Shown: positions 7,916-19,155, numbered from the stretch's first letter. The stretch is DNA of 49,476 nucleotides from Candidatus Pelearchaeum maunauluense (GCA_030059675.1 JANVYQ010000012.1:1-49476); one strand, 5' to 3'. A program made the numbers and translations. Notes: generated by a model not told the origin, from the sequence alone.

Positions 7916-9007
7916 CAAGTCCCTTGGAAACCTTTTTCAAATAGGGAGTTGTCATATAAAATGCTTGAGACAGATTCATCATTCATATTCAAGATAAAGG
8001 AAGTTCAGCAAGGCGATGTCATAAGAATTGGTGTGGGCGATCAAGAACTCGGTAAATTTACGGTTGGAAAACATCGTAAACTACGAATCGCCAAAAAGGT
8101 GTTTTAGGAGAAATTATTATAGAATGTGTAATGAAGGCCGAGAGAATAAGTTTACAACTATATAAGAGGCTTAGATGAAGAAATACTCGATCCACTCTAA
8201 ATTTGAACATGATTGCGCCATCCTACGTCCGTATAAGCGGTAGGGACCTGCCCTCAGCTTTACTGAGGGCTTGCAGTTTAGACCTGGAGTCAAAGAGGGT
8301 AAATATGAGTTCATGATAGCTACGTGTCAAAGACCTGGTGAGAGGAACACGTCATAATATATATTCTCCAATAGATGTGCTTCACCTCTAAGAATAAAGG
8401 TTGCTATGGAAATTTAGGAGAAGCGTAGAGAGACAGATAAGCTAATGAGCAGCGAGAAGTTTAGGAAGATGCTATATGAGAAAATAGCGAAGATCTCCGC
8501 CAAGTAGCTAGCCGGCCACAAGTAACCTTATTTTCAACGACTCGTAAATTACCTATAGATACTTCTAAAGCTATACCTTTTAAACAGACTTCTCCATGAC
8601 TTTTCTCCCTATTGTCATAACCAACTCTATGAGTCTTCTAGCAACCTCACATTTCCTATCAAGCCTGTACATAGCTGGCTTTATCCCAATTCTTGAAACC
8701 TTTGAAGTGCCAGACCTCACGAGTTTCTAACCAACATAGTAGAGAAAGTATTCTTATGCGTCCTCAAATCCCTTAACGTCTCGCCCTTAGAGTGTTCCGG
8801 CAATGTATTGTCTAGGAAGGAAGTCTCTTATCCTCAGCTTGGCTAGGCCGAGATATCTAAGCAAAAGTGCACCTATCATCACCCTCATAACTCATGGCAA
8901 TCCACCATCTTGGAGTCTATTTTCTACATAATTTTACGCATCCTTCATCAACTGTTAAACAATTCTTCTAAGACTTTTTGGAAACTTTTTAAAGTAAGAA
9001 TATAGGT

Positions 9008-9274
9008 ATGGCTAGGTACGAGAAGACAGATATCACGATAGTGAGAGATAAGGGTCAAGTAGTCATACCTAAGCCTACCGGGGACAAGCTTGGGATTAAG
9101 CCGAAGACCAATCTGCTTGTCTATAGTTACGAAGATGCAGTAATAATGAAGAAGCTGAAGCTTCCAGATGCCGAGAAGAGGATAGAGGAGATGTATAGGA
9201 GTATAGACAGGAGGATAGCTAGATACGGAGAGCCTGGGGAGGAAGTTGTATTATGGCCTATTCTACCTTTCTAA
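9008..9274 (+). CDS. AbrB/MazE/SpoVT-family DNA-binding protein (orphan antitoxin-like, possibly degraded)
   Basis: VRDKGQVVIPK...KLGIK. Confidence 0.75.
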   Translation: MARYEKTDITIVRDKGQVVIPKPTGDKLGIKPKTNLLVYSYEDAVIMKKLKLPDAEKRIEEMYRSIDRRIARYGEPGEEVVLWPILPF

Positions 9275-9320
9275 GGAGTCCATTAGACTGTGGGCGAGTG
9301 ATTATCATTTCATGCCATGC

Positions 9321-10172
9321 TTATGGGGGGATTGAAATCAATGCGAGCGTAATTCCTGTCTTCTGGTTTTCATTAAGCCTCTCCTTCAACATTACCCGCG
9401 CTAATAGAACCGTGTTCGCTGGGTATGGTGATGACAGGACGGATGCTACATCTAGTCTGCCCAGCTGCGCTGCCAAAACGAAAAAGGCGTTTCCTCCTAG
9501 GTCTAAAACACCTATCCCAACAAGGATGGCGAGACCTATGTTTTTAGGCCACCACCTAATCTTAACCACTGATATAACTATCATAATCAGCAACAGAGTA
9601 GCTAGCTTGGCAACTACTGACGGCCAGAGAGCATCAGCACCCGCCCTATCCATAAACACGTAGAAACCTCCGAAACCTAGGCCGGCTAATATGGCTAATT
9701 TAACTCCAGATAAACCATGTTCCCCGTCGTCTCCAGCCCCGGATACCAAGACTATACCCAATACCGCTAATAGGAAGCCTACTAGCTGTAGTGGCAGTGA
9801 GGCCCTTCCACTATTGATCCAGCAAAAATAGGTATTGAAGCGGAGATTGCGCCTGTGAAAGGCGCTGCTACGCTCATCTTGCCCACTGCCAACGCTCTAT
9901 AATATGATAACAATCCTATGCCTATGGATACGCCTCCAGCCAAACCCCAAATTAAGTCAGGAAAAGCAGGCGTGGAGTTGGATAGAGTTAGCGCTAGCAG
10001 AAGTGCTATAAAAAAGGCCTGTAGCTTGAGAAACCAGAACAACACTTACGACGTTCTCTCTACGCGAAGCTATACCACCGCCGAAATCACCTGCACCCCA
10101 CGAAATAGCTGAAGCCAAGCCAAAAATCATGGCAAAGATCTCGGGGGACAACGACAAGCACAACACCAACAC
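9321..10172 (-). pseudogene. EamA/DMT transporter, frameshifted into three ORFs
   Basis: AISWGAGDFGGG, YYRALAVGKMSVAAP, LLARVMLKERL in consecutive frames. Confidence 0.85.
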
Positions 10173-10406
10173 GTTTTAAGAACTAGCATATCCCCTTAGG
10201 CTCATATCATACTGAATAATAGGCTACGTATTCAGCTGGTTAAGTAGTTTTGTTTGTTGTAAAGTTAATGGGGAATCTCGCGCGTGTTGGATAAGTTGTT
10301 TGGTATTTGCTGCTTTGTCATATTGTCTCGCTTATAGAACTGCGGGTTATAAAATCTAACCCTGATTAGGGTAGTCTTGGATGATTTCATGATGCTTTAG
10401 TTTTCA

Positions 10407-11007
10407 TTAACGCGTGGTGTATATTCCCCCTCCATGGGTTCCTGCATATATCGTTGAAGCGTTATGCGGGTCTATCTCTATGAAGATTATGAATTTGTGT
10501 GGGGGCTGTGTTTTTAGTGGGCTCCAACTCTCGCCGCCGTCTCCGCTCCTATAGAGGCCGCTCCAAGTGCTGCGTAGATTATATCAGGGTTATTAGGGTC
10601 CAGCTTAATCTCTTCAACACCATACCCATCCGCGCCAGCTTTCGCCACCATCAATAGTTTTATGTATACCAGAGACATCGCCACCAACGTAAAATACGTT
10701 AGAATCACGCGGGTCTATTGCGCAGCTCAACAGAAAACCACCACCTCCAGGACCTATGCTCAGCCATGTAGCTTCTCCAACAATCTTCCCCTTCGTTTCA
10801 GTGGTTTCTCCAACTGTGGTATACGCTGTCTCTTGCCGCTCCAATTTAAATGTGCTAAAAACTGTTTGAGTCACCGTGTATGTCCCTCCCTCCACCATAA
10901 AGCTCCTAGTTATTGTAGTAGGTTGTATGAAGAAATATGCCTGTTACTAAACCAAGAAATAACAACGAAGCCGCAACTAAAACTAAAAACTTCTTTATAT
11001 CATTCAT
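10407..11007 (-). pseudogene. secreted BNR/Asp-box beta-propeller protein remnant
   Basis: WLSIGPGGGG, AIDPRDSNVFYVG, KTIDGGESW, LDPNNPDIIYA, IDPHNASTIYAGT in broken frames. Confidence 0.75.
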
Positions 11008-11153
11008 GAAAGCCACAAATCCCAGAGTAACAACGCCAATATTGCTCATAATCAAGCATGACTTAGCCAATCAGCGACCTGGTGAGATTCTAGGCTTTAT
11101 AGCATCTTGTCGTCTGCGATTTATTTATAGAATGACCTTGGCTGCTTATCTAT

Positions 11154-11549
11154 GTGGTTGAGAGGAGTGCTGACTGGTTTAAGCAGGCCAGGAGAGACTT
11201 GGAGAATGCTTTACATGAGCTTCGGGGAGGATATTATGAGTGGAGCTGCTTCCTTTCCCAACAGGCCGCTGAGAAAGCTGTTAAATCAGTTTTTCAGAAG
11301 CTAGGGGTAGAGGCTTTTGGTCGTTCAGTGTCAGGCCTGTTGGAGAATCTACCAGAAAACCTCAGACCATCAGAGGAACTTCTAGACATGGCAAAAGAAC
11401 TAGATAAGGCGTACATCCCAACAAGATACCCTAATGCCCATCCAAGAGGAGCGCCATACGAGTTGTATACTAAAAAGGAGGCTGAGCGACTTATAGAGTA
11501 TGCGGAACGAATCCTCAAGTTCTGTGAAGATTTATTACGCAAAATATAG
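11154..11549 (+). CDS. HEPN domain protein (pair 2)
   Basis: WSCFLSQQAAEKAVK, YIPTRYPNAH. Confidence 0.92.
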   Translation: MVERSADWFKQARRDLENALHELRGGYYEWSCFLSQQAAEKAVKSVFQKLGVEAFGRSVSGLLENLPENLRPSEELLDMAKELDKAYIPTRYPNAHPRGAPYELYTKKEAERLIEYAERILKFCEDLLRKI

Positions 11550-11853
11550 TAGGGATGATGTTATTCAGATAATCAGGGATGGAATACAACATCTAAAGAA
11601 CGAGCTGCCCCTTCGGTACGTGATTCTCTTCGGCTCCTATGCCGAGGGTAGAAACACCGTAGCAAGCGATGTTGATATCTTAGTTGTTTATGATGGCCGG
11701 AAAGTGGGGGATGATTATCTGATTGTGCGTAAGGTGATTAGGCTGCCAAATCTCCAGCCACACATATACACGATGGAGGAGTACGAGGAGCTGCGCCAAA
11801 CTAAGGGAAGCATAGTGGAAATAGCCCTTAAGAGAGGTATCAGAATATTATAA
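11500..11853 (+). CDS. MNT nucleotidyltransferase (pair 2)
   Basis: LFGSYAEG...SDVDILVV. Confidence 0.9.
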   Translation: MRNESSSSVKIYYAKYSRDDVIQIIRDGIQHLKNELPLRYVILFGSYAEGRNTVASDVDILVVYDGRKVGDDYLIVRKVIRLPNLQPHIYTMEEYEELRQTKGSIVEIALKRGIRIL

Positions 11854-12014
11854 GGGCGTCAAAGATTCTAATTCAAATAATTTTGTTATCTATAAATGTA
11901 TTTAAATGATTACATCGCAAGCCGTAATCTACAAGCCATCATATAATTAGTCTTGTCTTTATGACGAAATTAACTGTGTGGTGCTTGTAATGATAAGAAC
12001 GGTGCGCCACGCGC

Positions 12015-12561
12015 TTGAGTGTCAAGAATGCCGGCTCCCCCCTCATCACGCTCCTAGTTCTCATACTTAGCATACTATCTCTAGCCTTCGGTTTTAGCCC
12101 AGCTCAAGGTATAGAAGCCTGCATACAGGGAACGCTCAATGTTACGTTTGAGGGGCCTGAAGGCTCCAGCGCCAGCGTCACCTACGGCGTAGCCACGACT
12201 CCTTCGGGGATATCTGTCTCGTTCAACCCTACGGGAAGCACGTTGGCGGCAGGGCAGACGGTATCCTCAACCGTTAAGATATGCGCAGACAGCGGCGCGG
12301 CCGATGGCCAGTATCCGGCTACCTTAATAGTTTAGGGACCGTGGTACTGGAGGGGGCAGGGCGGCAGCTTCCAGCCCCTCGAACTGGTGGTAACTTTCTG
12401 GGTACAAACAAGCTATGCTACACAAACAATAACCGAGACCACGACATTCTCAACCACCACGGTAACCTACACATCAGTGGTATCCACCACCACGCTACAC
12501 AGAACATTCACAACTACAGTAGTCAATACGGCAACCAGCACAAGGTACAGGTGCAAATAAT
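12015..12561 (+). pseudogene. secreted Ig-like/Thr-rich surface protein remnant
   Basis: signal peptide plus beta-rich domain, stop, then Thr-rich stalk in another frame. Confidence 0.55.
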
Positions 12562-12646
12562 GATGCTAGTTCGGGTCATCGTAGTGATGCTGCCAGCGGA
12601 AGAGGTAATTGTTTGGGAAAGCTAGGAGTTAAGGATTGGTGATGAT

Positions 12647-13465
12647 ATGAGCGAAGAAAAAGAAGAGGCACTTACGGTGGCATTAAATATAAACGACTCA
12701 ACAGAAGCTGAAATATACGAGGATGATGCGTTTATCTTAACAGTTACTATAACCAATACGTATGAGGTGGAAGCTGAATCAGAAAGAATTGCCATAACAC
12801 ATGAATTAAATATACTGGAGCAAGAAAGAGTGTCAAAGAAGATTGAGGAAAAAGAATATCGGAGGAAGAAAGAGGAATTAGAATCACGCAAACCCTCGCC
12901 AAGAATAGTAACACTAGGGACAGAGAGCGAACCTTGGTACACCTGAGGGTGAAAAACCATTAGAATGGCCCATCAGGATTATAGACCATATTCCGTCGGG
13001 AGATAAAGTTGATCTCGGCGCGTCAAGCATGTTAATAGCTGAGTTTGAAATAGATGAGGAAGAACTAAAGAAGATGACATGGGGAGAATATCGCATTGTT
13101 GCCAAGATAAAAGGTGCGGAATCTGAAGAAATAATAGTAAAATTGATCAAAGGTTCTAGGCCTTATGTGGATGAATCAAACTTAGAAGTATACCACTAAC
13201 AAAGAGGAAGATAGATGCCGCATTAGGTATAGCAGATAAGATACTTGGTTTAAATCCTACTTCAATAGGAGCATTACTTCTTAAAGCAGAAGCTTATGAA
13301 TTGACTGGCAACATAGACGAAGCGCTAAACATATACTATAAAGCTCTAGATGAATTTGAAAAACAAAACCCAGACAATTACGAAGGACCAAGATATATAC
13401 ATGCTAAAATTGTAAAGCTAGGAGATAAGAAAAGAGAATCGCAAGGAGACATGCAGGCTTTATAG
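12647..13465 (+). pseudogene. frameshifted protein with C-terminal TPR
   Basis: three frames; last reads ALLLKAEAYELTGNIDEALNIYYKAL. Confidence 0.65.
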
Positions 13466-13515
13466 TGGCTGAAACTCTTTAAATAGGAAACTTCGCTACT
13501 CTCATAGTAGAAAAA

Positions 13516-13591
13516 GGGCCGGTGGTCTAGCCTGGCGCATGACGCCACCCTGACGCGGTGGAGGTCGCCGGTTCGAATCCGGCCCGGCCCA
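13516..13591 (+). tRNA. tRNA-Val(GAC)
   Basis: GGGCCGG/CCGGCCC stem, CCACC-CTGACGC-GGTGG anticodon arm, GGTTCGAATCC; TTTAAATA upstream. Confidence 0.96.
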
Positions 13592-13764
13592 CTGGCTTTG
13601 TCTTCTCGGTATTACGTGTTCAGGGAGCTTAATATCCTCAATTATTACCTAAGTGTTTTTGGGTTTATCTGGAAAAGCTAATAAGCTAAGCCGTCGTTAT
13701 AGTGGGTGGATGCGGCCCTTTGCGGGTGCTGGTATTTAAGTGTTAGAGGGGTGAGGGAGATAGG

Positions 13765-14274
13765 TTGCTAATCATAGTTAATGAGGATGCCTTCTTGAGC
13801 ATGGTGAAGCTGGTTGGTGGCGAGGATGCTGCGAGGGCTGTAGAGCTGTTGATGAAGAAGCCCTCGCTGAGCGATGATGAGCTTTCCCAGAAGCTGGATA
13901 TGGATGTTAAAGAGCTGCGTAAAATACTACATAGGCTCAACGACCTTGGGCTCGTAGCTTATGACGTGTATCGCGAGAAGGATAGCGGGCACCGCGTCTT
14001 CAGGTGGCGTGTCCAGCAAGACCAGGTTATAGGGTTCGCCAAGACGCAGATGCGCCGCGTGTATGAGCGGCTCAAGGCTAGGCTGGAGCATGAGCAGACG
14101 CATCAGATATACTGGTGCGGCACCGAGGGCTGTAGGAAATACACCTTTGAAGAAGCTATTGACATCCTCTTCAAATGCCCCAAATGCGGGAAGACTCTCG
14201 TCATAGTTGATAATAGCAAGGTTATTGAGGCTTTGCAGCGTAAGATAATGGAGCTGGAGAAGAATCTCCAGTAA
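13765..14274 (+). CDS. tfe: transcription factor E (TFE alpha)
   Basis: wHTH (SDDELS..L...ELRKIL..L), YTFEEA..F.CPKCG Zn ribbon. Confidence 0.92.
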   Translation: MLIIVNEDAFLSMVKLVGGEDAARAVELLMKKPSLSDDELSQKLDMDVKELRKILHRLNDLGLVAYDVYREKDSGHRVFRWRVQQDQVIGFAKTQMRRVYERLKARLEHEQTHQIYWCGTEGCRKYTFEEAIDILFKCPKCGKTLVIVDNSKVIEALQRKIMELEKNLQ

Positions 14275-14293
14275 TGTTTTAAGGTCGCCTCCC

Positions 14294-14830
14294 TTGCCCC
14301 GCGTTGTCGTTCTACGTCTCGGCCACCGCGTCGGCAGGGATGAGCGCATAACCACGCATGTGGGGCTGGCCGCCCGCGCTTTCGGGGCTGACGAGATAAT
14401 CATAGCAGGCGATAGGGATGACGCTGTCATTGAGAGCATTAACAAGGTTGCCCAACAGTGGGGAGGAAGATTCAAGGCAAGCTATACAGAAAGCTGGGTA
14501 AGCCTCGTCAAGGAATGGAAAAACAACAACCGCGCCGTCGTCCACCTAACTATGTACGGCCTCCCGCTACAGCAGGTCATACAGCAGCTCAGGCTAGAGC
14601 AGGCCAGTAGGGATATGCTGGTCATAGTTGGAGGCCCGAAGGTTAGGGCAGAGACGTACAGGCTTGCCGACTATAACGTGGCTGTCACAAACCAGCCGCA
14701 TAGCGAGGTCGCTGCGCTGGCCGTTTTCCTAGACTGGCTCTTCGCTGGCCGCGAGCTGGAGAAGATACACGAAGGCGCTAAGACTAGGATAATACCGCAG
14801 CCGAGGGGCAAGAAGGTGATGCATACCTAA
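14294..14830 (+). CDS. trm56: tRNA (cytidine-56-2'-O)-methyltransferase aTrm56
   Basis: VLRLGHR..RD.RITTHV.L.ARAFGA, VHLTMYG, NQPHSEVAALA. Confidence 0.95.
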   Translation: MPRVVVLRLGHRVGRDERITTHVGLAARAFGADEIIIAGDRDDAVIESINKVAQQWGGRFKASYTESWVSLVKEWKNNNRAVVHLTMYGLPLQQVIQQLRLEQASRDMLVIVGGPKVRAETYRLADYNVAVTNQPHSEVAALAVFLDWLFAGRELEKIHEGAKTRIIPQPRGKKVMHT

Positions 14831-14864
14831 TAATACGCTGCGTTAAGACACCGCACGGTAAAAC

Positions 14865-16061
14865 ATGCAACGCTACATCCACGTATGGCTGATGCTCTTC
14901 TCCGGCTGGGTGATCATCTACCTCATACGCGTATCTCTCTCGCCGATATTGCCTACTCTTATAGGGGAGCTAAGCCTAACGCATGGGGATGCGGGCCTAC
15001 TGGCCAACGCTTATTTCTACGCATACACCGCCATGCAATTTCCCGCTGGATACCTGGGCGAGAGGTTGGGGAGGAAGCGTATCCTCGTGGTAGCCTGCGT
15101 CTTCTGGGCGGTAACATCATACTGGACATCCATAGCTAGGGGGTTCGCTGAGCTATTCGCAGCGCGCCTGGCTTCGGGAATCGTGCATGGCTTCTACTTC
15201 GGCAACGACAGGCCGCTGGTCACCGTGGTAACCCCTAGGAAGCGGCTGGGCGTCGGCCAGGGGGTTACGTTCTCCGGGCTGGGGACTGGCCTGGGTGTTG
15301 GGATGGTGCTCAGCGGCTGGATATCCGAGCTGATGGGCTGGAGAGCCGTCTTCCAGATCTTGGCCATCCCACCCCTCATAATGGCTGCTATATTCGCCCT
15401 ATTCTTACAGGAGCCGACGAGAATAGGCAGCGAAACAGCAGAGGTAAATAGACGCGCGCTACTCACACGCCGCGAGCTCTGGCTCTTCTACATAGGCGGA
15501 ATACCCATGGTGTATGCGCTCTGGGTAGCCGCGATATGGATGCCAACTATATTGACTGAATACGGTGTGGAGAGCGTATCCTTCTCCTCACTCATATCAT
15601 CGCTAGTCGGCCTGGCTGGGATACCAGGCCTAATGGTAGCTGGCTTGATAAGCGACTGGGCTTGGAAGCACGGAGTAGCGCGAGGCTATGTGGCAGCATC
15701 CTTCGCAGCCCTCGCAGCGCTCACGGCAGCGACTCTGGGCTACGCGATAACAATCAAAACACCACTACACCAGATAACCCTACTAGTCGCAGCGCTGGGA
15801 GCATTCATCTGGGCGGTGTGGCCGCCGCTCTTCGCAGCGCTCAGCCACCACGTAGAGGAACGAATGCTTGGAACAGCCTTTGGAATGATGAACGGCATAC
15901 ACTTCATAGGCTCCCTCATATCCCCATACCTCACAGGCATGATAAGAGACGCAACAGGAACATTCAGCTGGGGACTCTACCTCACAGCAACACTAACAAC
16001 AATCACCATAGCCGCATTCAGCCTAGAAGCACGAACAGAAACAAGAAAACACACGCTATAA
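14865..16061 (+). CDS. MFS transporter
   Basis: GYLGERLGRKR motif A, about 12 TM segments. Confidence 0.9.
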   Translation: MQRYIHVWLMLFSGWVIIYLIRVSLSPILPTLIGELSLTHGDAGLLANAYFYAYTAMQFPAGYLGERLGRKRILVVACVFWAVTSYWTSIARGFAELFAARLASGIVHGFYFGNDRPLVTVVTPRKRLGVGQGVTFSGLGTGLGVGMVLSGWISELMGWRAVFQILAIPPLIMAAIFALFLQEPTRIGSETAEVNRRALLTRRELWLFYIGGIPMVYALWVAAIWMPTILTEYGVESVSFSSLISSLVGLAGIPGLMVAGLISDWAWKHGVARGYVAASFAALAALTAATLGYAITIKTPLHQITLLVAALGAFIWAVWPPLFAALSHHVEERMLGTAFGMMNGIHFIGSLISPYLTGMIRDATGTFSWGLYLTATLTTITIAAFSLEARTETRKHTL

Positions 16062-16101
16062 GAGAAGATACATATAAAAACTTGGTGAGCGTAGAATATA
16101 C

Positions 16102-16225
16102 GGGCCGGTGGTCTAGCGGTATGACGCACCCCACCAAGGGGGGTCAAATACCCTCACACGGTAGAGGCCGAGAGACTCTGAAACACATGGAGAGGTCCGG
16201 TAAGGTTCGAATCCCTCCCGGCCCA
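16102..16225 (+). tRNA. tRNA-Val(CAC) with two non-canonical introns (16128..16148 at 27/28; 16173..16203 at 51/52)
   Basis: removing both introns gives a 72-nt cloverleaf with CTACC-CTCACAC-GGTAG and GAGGG-TTCGAAT-CCCTC; BHB-like helices TGAC/GTCA and GCCG/CGGT with 3-nt bulges. Confidence 0.92.
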
Positions 16226-16299
16226 CTACATTCATCGATGAATATATAGAGGAGGGAGTTAAAATGTATCCTAGACAAAAACATGATTAAATTAATTCA

Positions 16300-17113
16300 T
16301 TGCATAATCTACATTTTTCCGACTTTCTTTGAATAGTAAACCCAATAAATATGACAATAACGAATTACATCGGTCTTTTGATGTACTGACAATTTATAAA
16401 TACGCTTTCTTTCATCAGAGCGATATATTGCCGAATTAATACATAGTTTTTCAGTAAATAATGGACATATCGTAAAAGTTGTAAATCAGCATTTGTAATC
16501 TGGTACTTCGTATTTATAGTTAATATCTATATTGATTGAGCCTTCTGCATCGTTTAATCCTTGGATGAATGAAGTCATGCATGCATGACAAATGTTCTAC
16601 TAATTTGCTTAGATTGCGTGGATTTAACGGTTTTACAGTTTTTGATATGAGATCAAAGAGCAAACGACTATATACATATACAACCCATCTATTCATTGAT
16701 TTTATGAAATACGGGATGTATGGCTTTGATCTACATACTGTTTTAGCAAAGTTTTCTCCGGCTTTCTTTGCAAGTTCATAATCCTTAACGGCTAAAACAA
16801 TTATGTAATTTGCAATACAGTTAATATTTTTACTTCTCTTCGAATTAAAAATAAAATGTTTGCGAATCTCTATACTTCCATCGCCTAGTATAACTCCCAA
16901 AGAATAACATGTCTGTGGACCAATCCATAGTTTTTTCTTCGGTTTTTGTATTTTGTGTTTAAACCATGTCTTTGAAGTGCCAACATGAATATCTATTCCC
17001 GTTCTTTGCTGAATCTCATATATAATCTTACTTTTTGTAAGTTTATGTTTCTTCAGTTTTTGTGCTAGGTCGTAATCCGAATAATGCTCTTGCATCACGC
17101 ATTCAATACTCAT
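16300..17113 (-). pseudogene. double-motif LAGLIDADG homing endonuclease, frameshifted
   Basis: motif 1 YSLGVILGDGS; motif 2 FIQGLNDAEGS in shifted frame after a TTCA duplication near 16570; AT-rich; 3' boundary approximate. Confidence 0.8.
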
Positions 17114-17173
17114 GCTGAAGAATCACTGTTCATATGTTTTCTGTTTGAAGAATTATATGTCAAAAATAGGGCT

Positions 17174-17854
17174 TCAAAAACTGGCCGATAAGTTTCGAAT
17201 CCCACCGGCCCCATATCCTATGTAGGGGTGTGTGTCTATCCCCATATCCATGGCTAGTTCTCTGGCTTTTTCATCGATGTATGGAGAGACGATGGCTAGT
17301 TTTGGTTTTATTCCTGTTTCCTTCTCGTATAGCTGTGCTATGCGTTGGAGTTCTGCCACGTCGCCTTTGCTAATGCTTGACTTAACCTCCACTAGCACAT
17401 GCTCGCGGTCTCGCACAACTAGGTCTATCTCAATAACCGATGGATGGCCATGGACTAAGCCCTCCCTATCGGTTGTAATCCACCTAGTAGCGCGGCCACC
17501 GAAATTTCGTTCAACTACTCCACGTGACCCCTCTCTGAACGCTGTCTCCGGTAGAATACCCCATCTAGCGCCAAGCGCCGCCACGCAATGCCTAAGCCCC
17601 GTCACCCGACCCTGCAAATTCCTAACCAGCTCCTGTAGGTTTCTGACCTCTTCCTGCAGCACTTTAATATCTCTGCTATTCTCTGCCACCTGTTCTTGTA
17701 GTGACTTTATAGCCTCGGTGTTGCGGTCTATCCTCTCAAGAACTTCCCTAAAACCGAGGTAGCCAGCCACCGCGTATCTAAACTCCTCGCCCTCCTGAAG
17801 GAGGCGGAGGAAATCTTCCTTCAGCTCCATGTCCTCTCCTGCTCTCCATACCAA
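17174..17854 (-). CDS. coiled-coil plus PD-(D/E)XK nuclease-like protein (DUF3782-like)
   Basis: EEFRYAVAG.LG, heptad repeats, ALGARWG, EIDLVVRD...LVEVKS. Confidence 0.85.
   Translation of the reverse strand: MVWRAGEDMELKEDFLRLLQEGEEFRYAVAGYLGFREVLERIDRNTEAIKSLQEQVAENSRDIKVLQEEVRNLQELVRNLQGRVTGLRHCVAALGARWGILPETAFREGSRGVVERNFGGRATRWITTDREGLVHGHPSVIEIDLVVRDREHVLVEVKSSISKGDVAELQRIAQLYEKETGIKPKLAIVSPYIDEKARELAMDMGIDTHPYIGYGAGGIRNLSASF
17183..17213 (+). repeat. degenerate copy of tRNA-Val(CAC) intron-2 3' end, T-arm and acceptor (att-like)
   Basis: GGCCGATAAGTTTCGAATCCCACCGGCCC vs GTCCGGTAAGGTTCGAATCCCTCCCGGCCC at 16195..16224. Confidence 0.7.
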
Positions 17855-17995
17855 TAATCACCACCAAGCCTTATATTCTTAAAATATTTTGGCTAAAGCC
17901 GCATAGCTTATGAGACTAATGCTCGTAAGAAATGCTGTATAAAGAAAAGCTATAGGGTTAAGAGATAGGTTGCGGCAGGCCGCAGAGTTAGGGGT

Positions 17996-18394
17996 TTGAC
18001 GAGCAGGGATGAGGCGCGGCATCTGGCTAGAAGGTCGTCAGAGTTCATGACAACAGCCAAGATACAGTTTGAGCAAGGGCTTTATGGTTTGGCGGCCTTT
18101 AGCCTAGGGCAAGCCCTCCGGCTATACCTTAAGCATAAACTTCTCCTGCTGGGCGTGAAGTTTCCTTGGACACATAGTGTGAGGCGTCTTCTGGAGCTTT
18201 TGACGGAAGTCTCCAGTGAGAGATGTAGGGTAGCAATGTCTTATGTCATGGAGCGGTACTTGATGGAGCTCTCGGTTCTTGAAGATGCGTATATAACATC
18301 CCGCTACGTGGCGGGGGAGTTTAGCCGCGAGGAGGTTGAGAGGCTTTATCTGGCTGTTGAAGATATTCTAGGTAGGTTGAGAGATGTTTGTTGA
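17996..18394 (+). CDS. HEPN domain protein (pair 3)
   Basis: AAF.L.QAL.LYLK, FPWTHS, LEDAYITSRY. Confidence 0.88.
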   Translation: MTSRDEARHLARRSSEFMTTAKIQFEQGLYGLAAFSLGQALRLYLKHKLLLLGVKFPWTHSVRRLLELLTEVSSERCRVAMSYVMERYLMELSVLEDAYITSRYVAGEFSREEVERLYLAVEDILGRLRDVC

Positions 18395-18689
18395 GGAGGC
18401 TCGCCGCCGTCAGAGTTTCTTCAACAACCTAAAACAACACCTAGAAGAATTGAAGAGAGCAATCCATAGCATTGATCCTGAAGCCGAGCTCTACATCTTC
18501 GGCTCCGTAGCGCGCGGAGACTATACACTAGCGAGCGATGTTGATATACTCATCGTTACACGAATGCAGCCAGGCTTCATCCTTAAGGAGCTCTGGCTCA
18601 AGGGTTTCAGAGAGCCCTTTGAGTTTCATGTGGTAAGCCCAGACATGCTAGAACATTACAAGACTGGCGGTGAGCTCGTTAAGGTATAG
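18384..18689 (+). CDS. MNT nucleotidyltransferase (pair 3)
   Basis: IFGSVARGDYTLASDVDILI. Confidence 0.9.
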   Translation: MFVEEARRRQSFFNNLKQHLEELKRAIHSIDPEAELYIFGSVARGDYTLASDVDILIVTRMQPGFILKELWLKGFREPFEFHVVSPDMLEHYKTGGELVKV

Positions 18690-19155
18690 GGGCGTATAAT
18701 TGTCATGTTGAGAAATAATGGGGTGTTGGCGTGGCTTCCGTATCGCTGGGTCTGACAGACTCCGCTGGCTATGCTCTTAACAACGCTTCCCGCGGGTAGT
18801 GTCTGCGCGGCTATGAGAGGCGTCGGCACAGCGAGCATCACAGCCAGAAGTAGCGCGGCATTCACTAAACTCCTTTTCATGCACGAATCGTTTCTACACA
18901 GCCTAATCTCTTCCTGAGACGAGCTTGCTCGGAAGAGAAGTTCAGCGTTTGGAACAGTTTAGTAATGCTCATCCTAACAGTTCATAACACGCAATAACTC
19001 CGCGTATTGCGCAACCGATTATAAGAAATACTCCGCCACATCAGGAAACCTAAAGGGATGAACGTTTCGTAATGACTGTTCTAAAGAATAGATCCTACAC
19101 CTTGGATGTTATTATCACTAATTTCTCGGCACTTGAAGGGTATGAAATTATCACA

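Noticed and set aside
9321-10172. Programmed frameshifting in the split EamA gene
   Set aside because: Multiple lesions, no slippery-site pattern, and neighbouring genes are also decayed.
17183-17213. 3' half of a split (trans-spliced) tRNA
   Set aside because: No complementary leader or promoter, and the T-stem is degenerate; treated as an att-like remnant.
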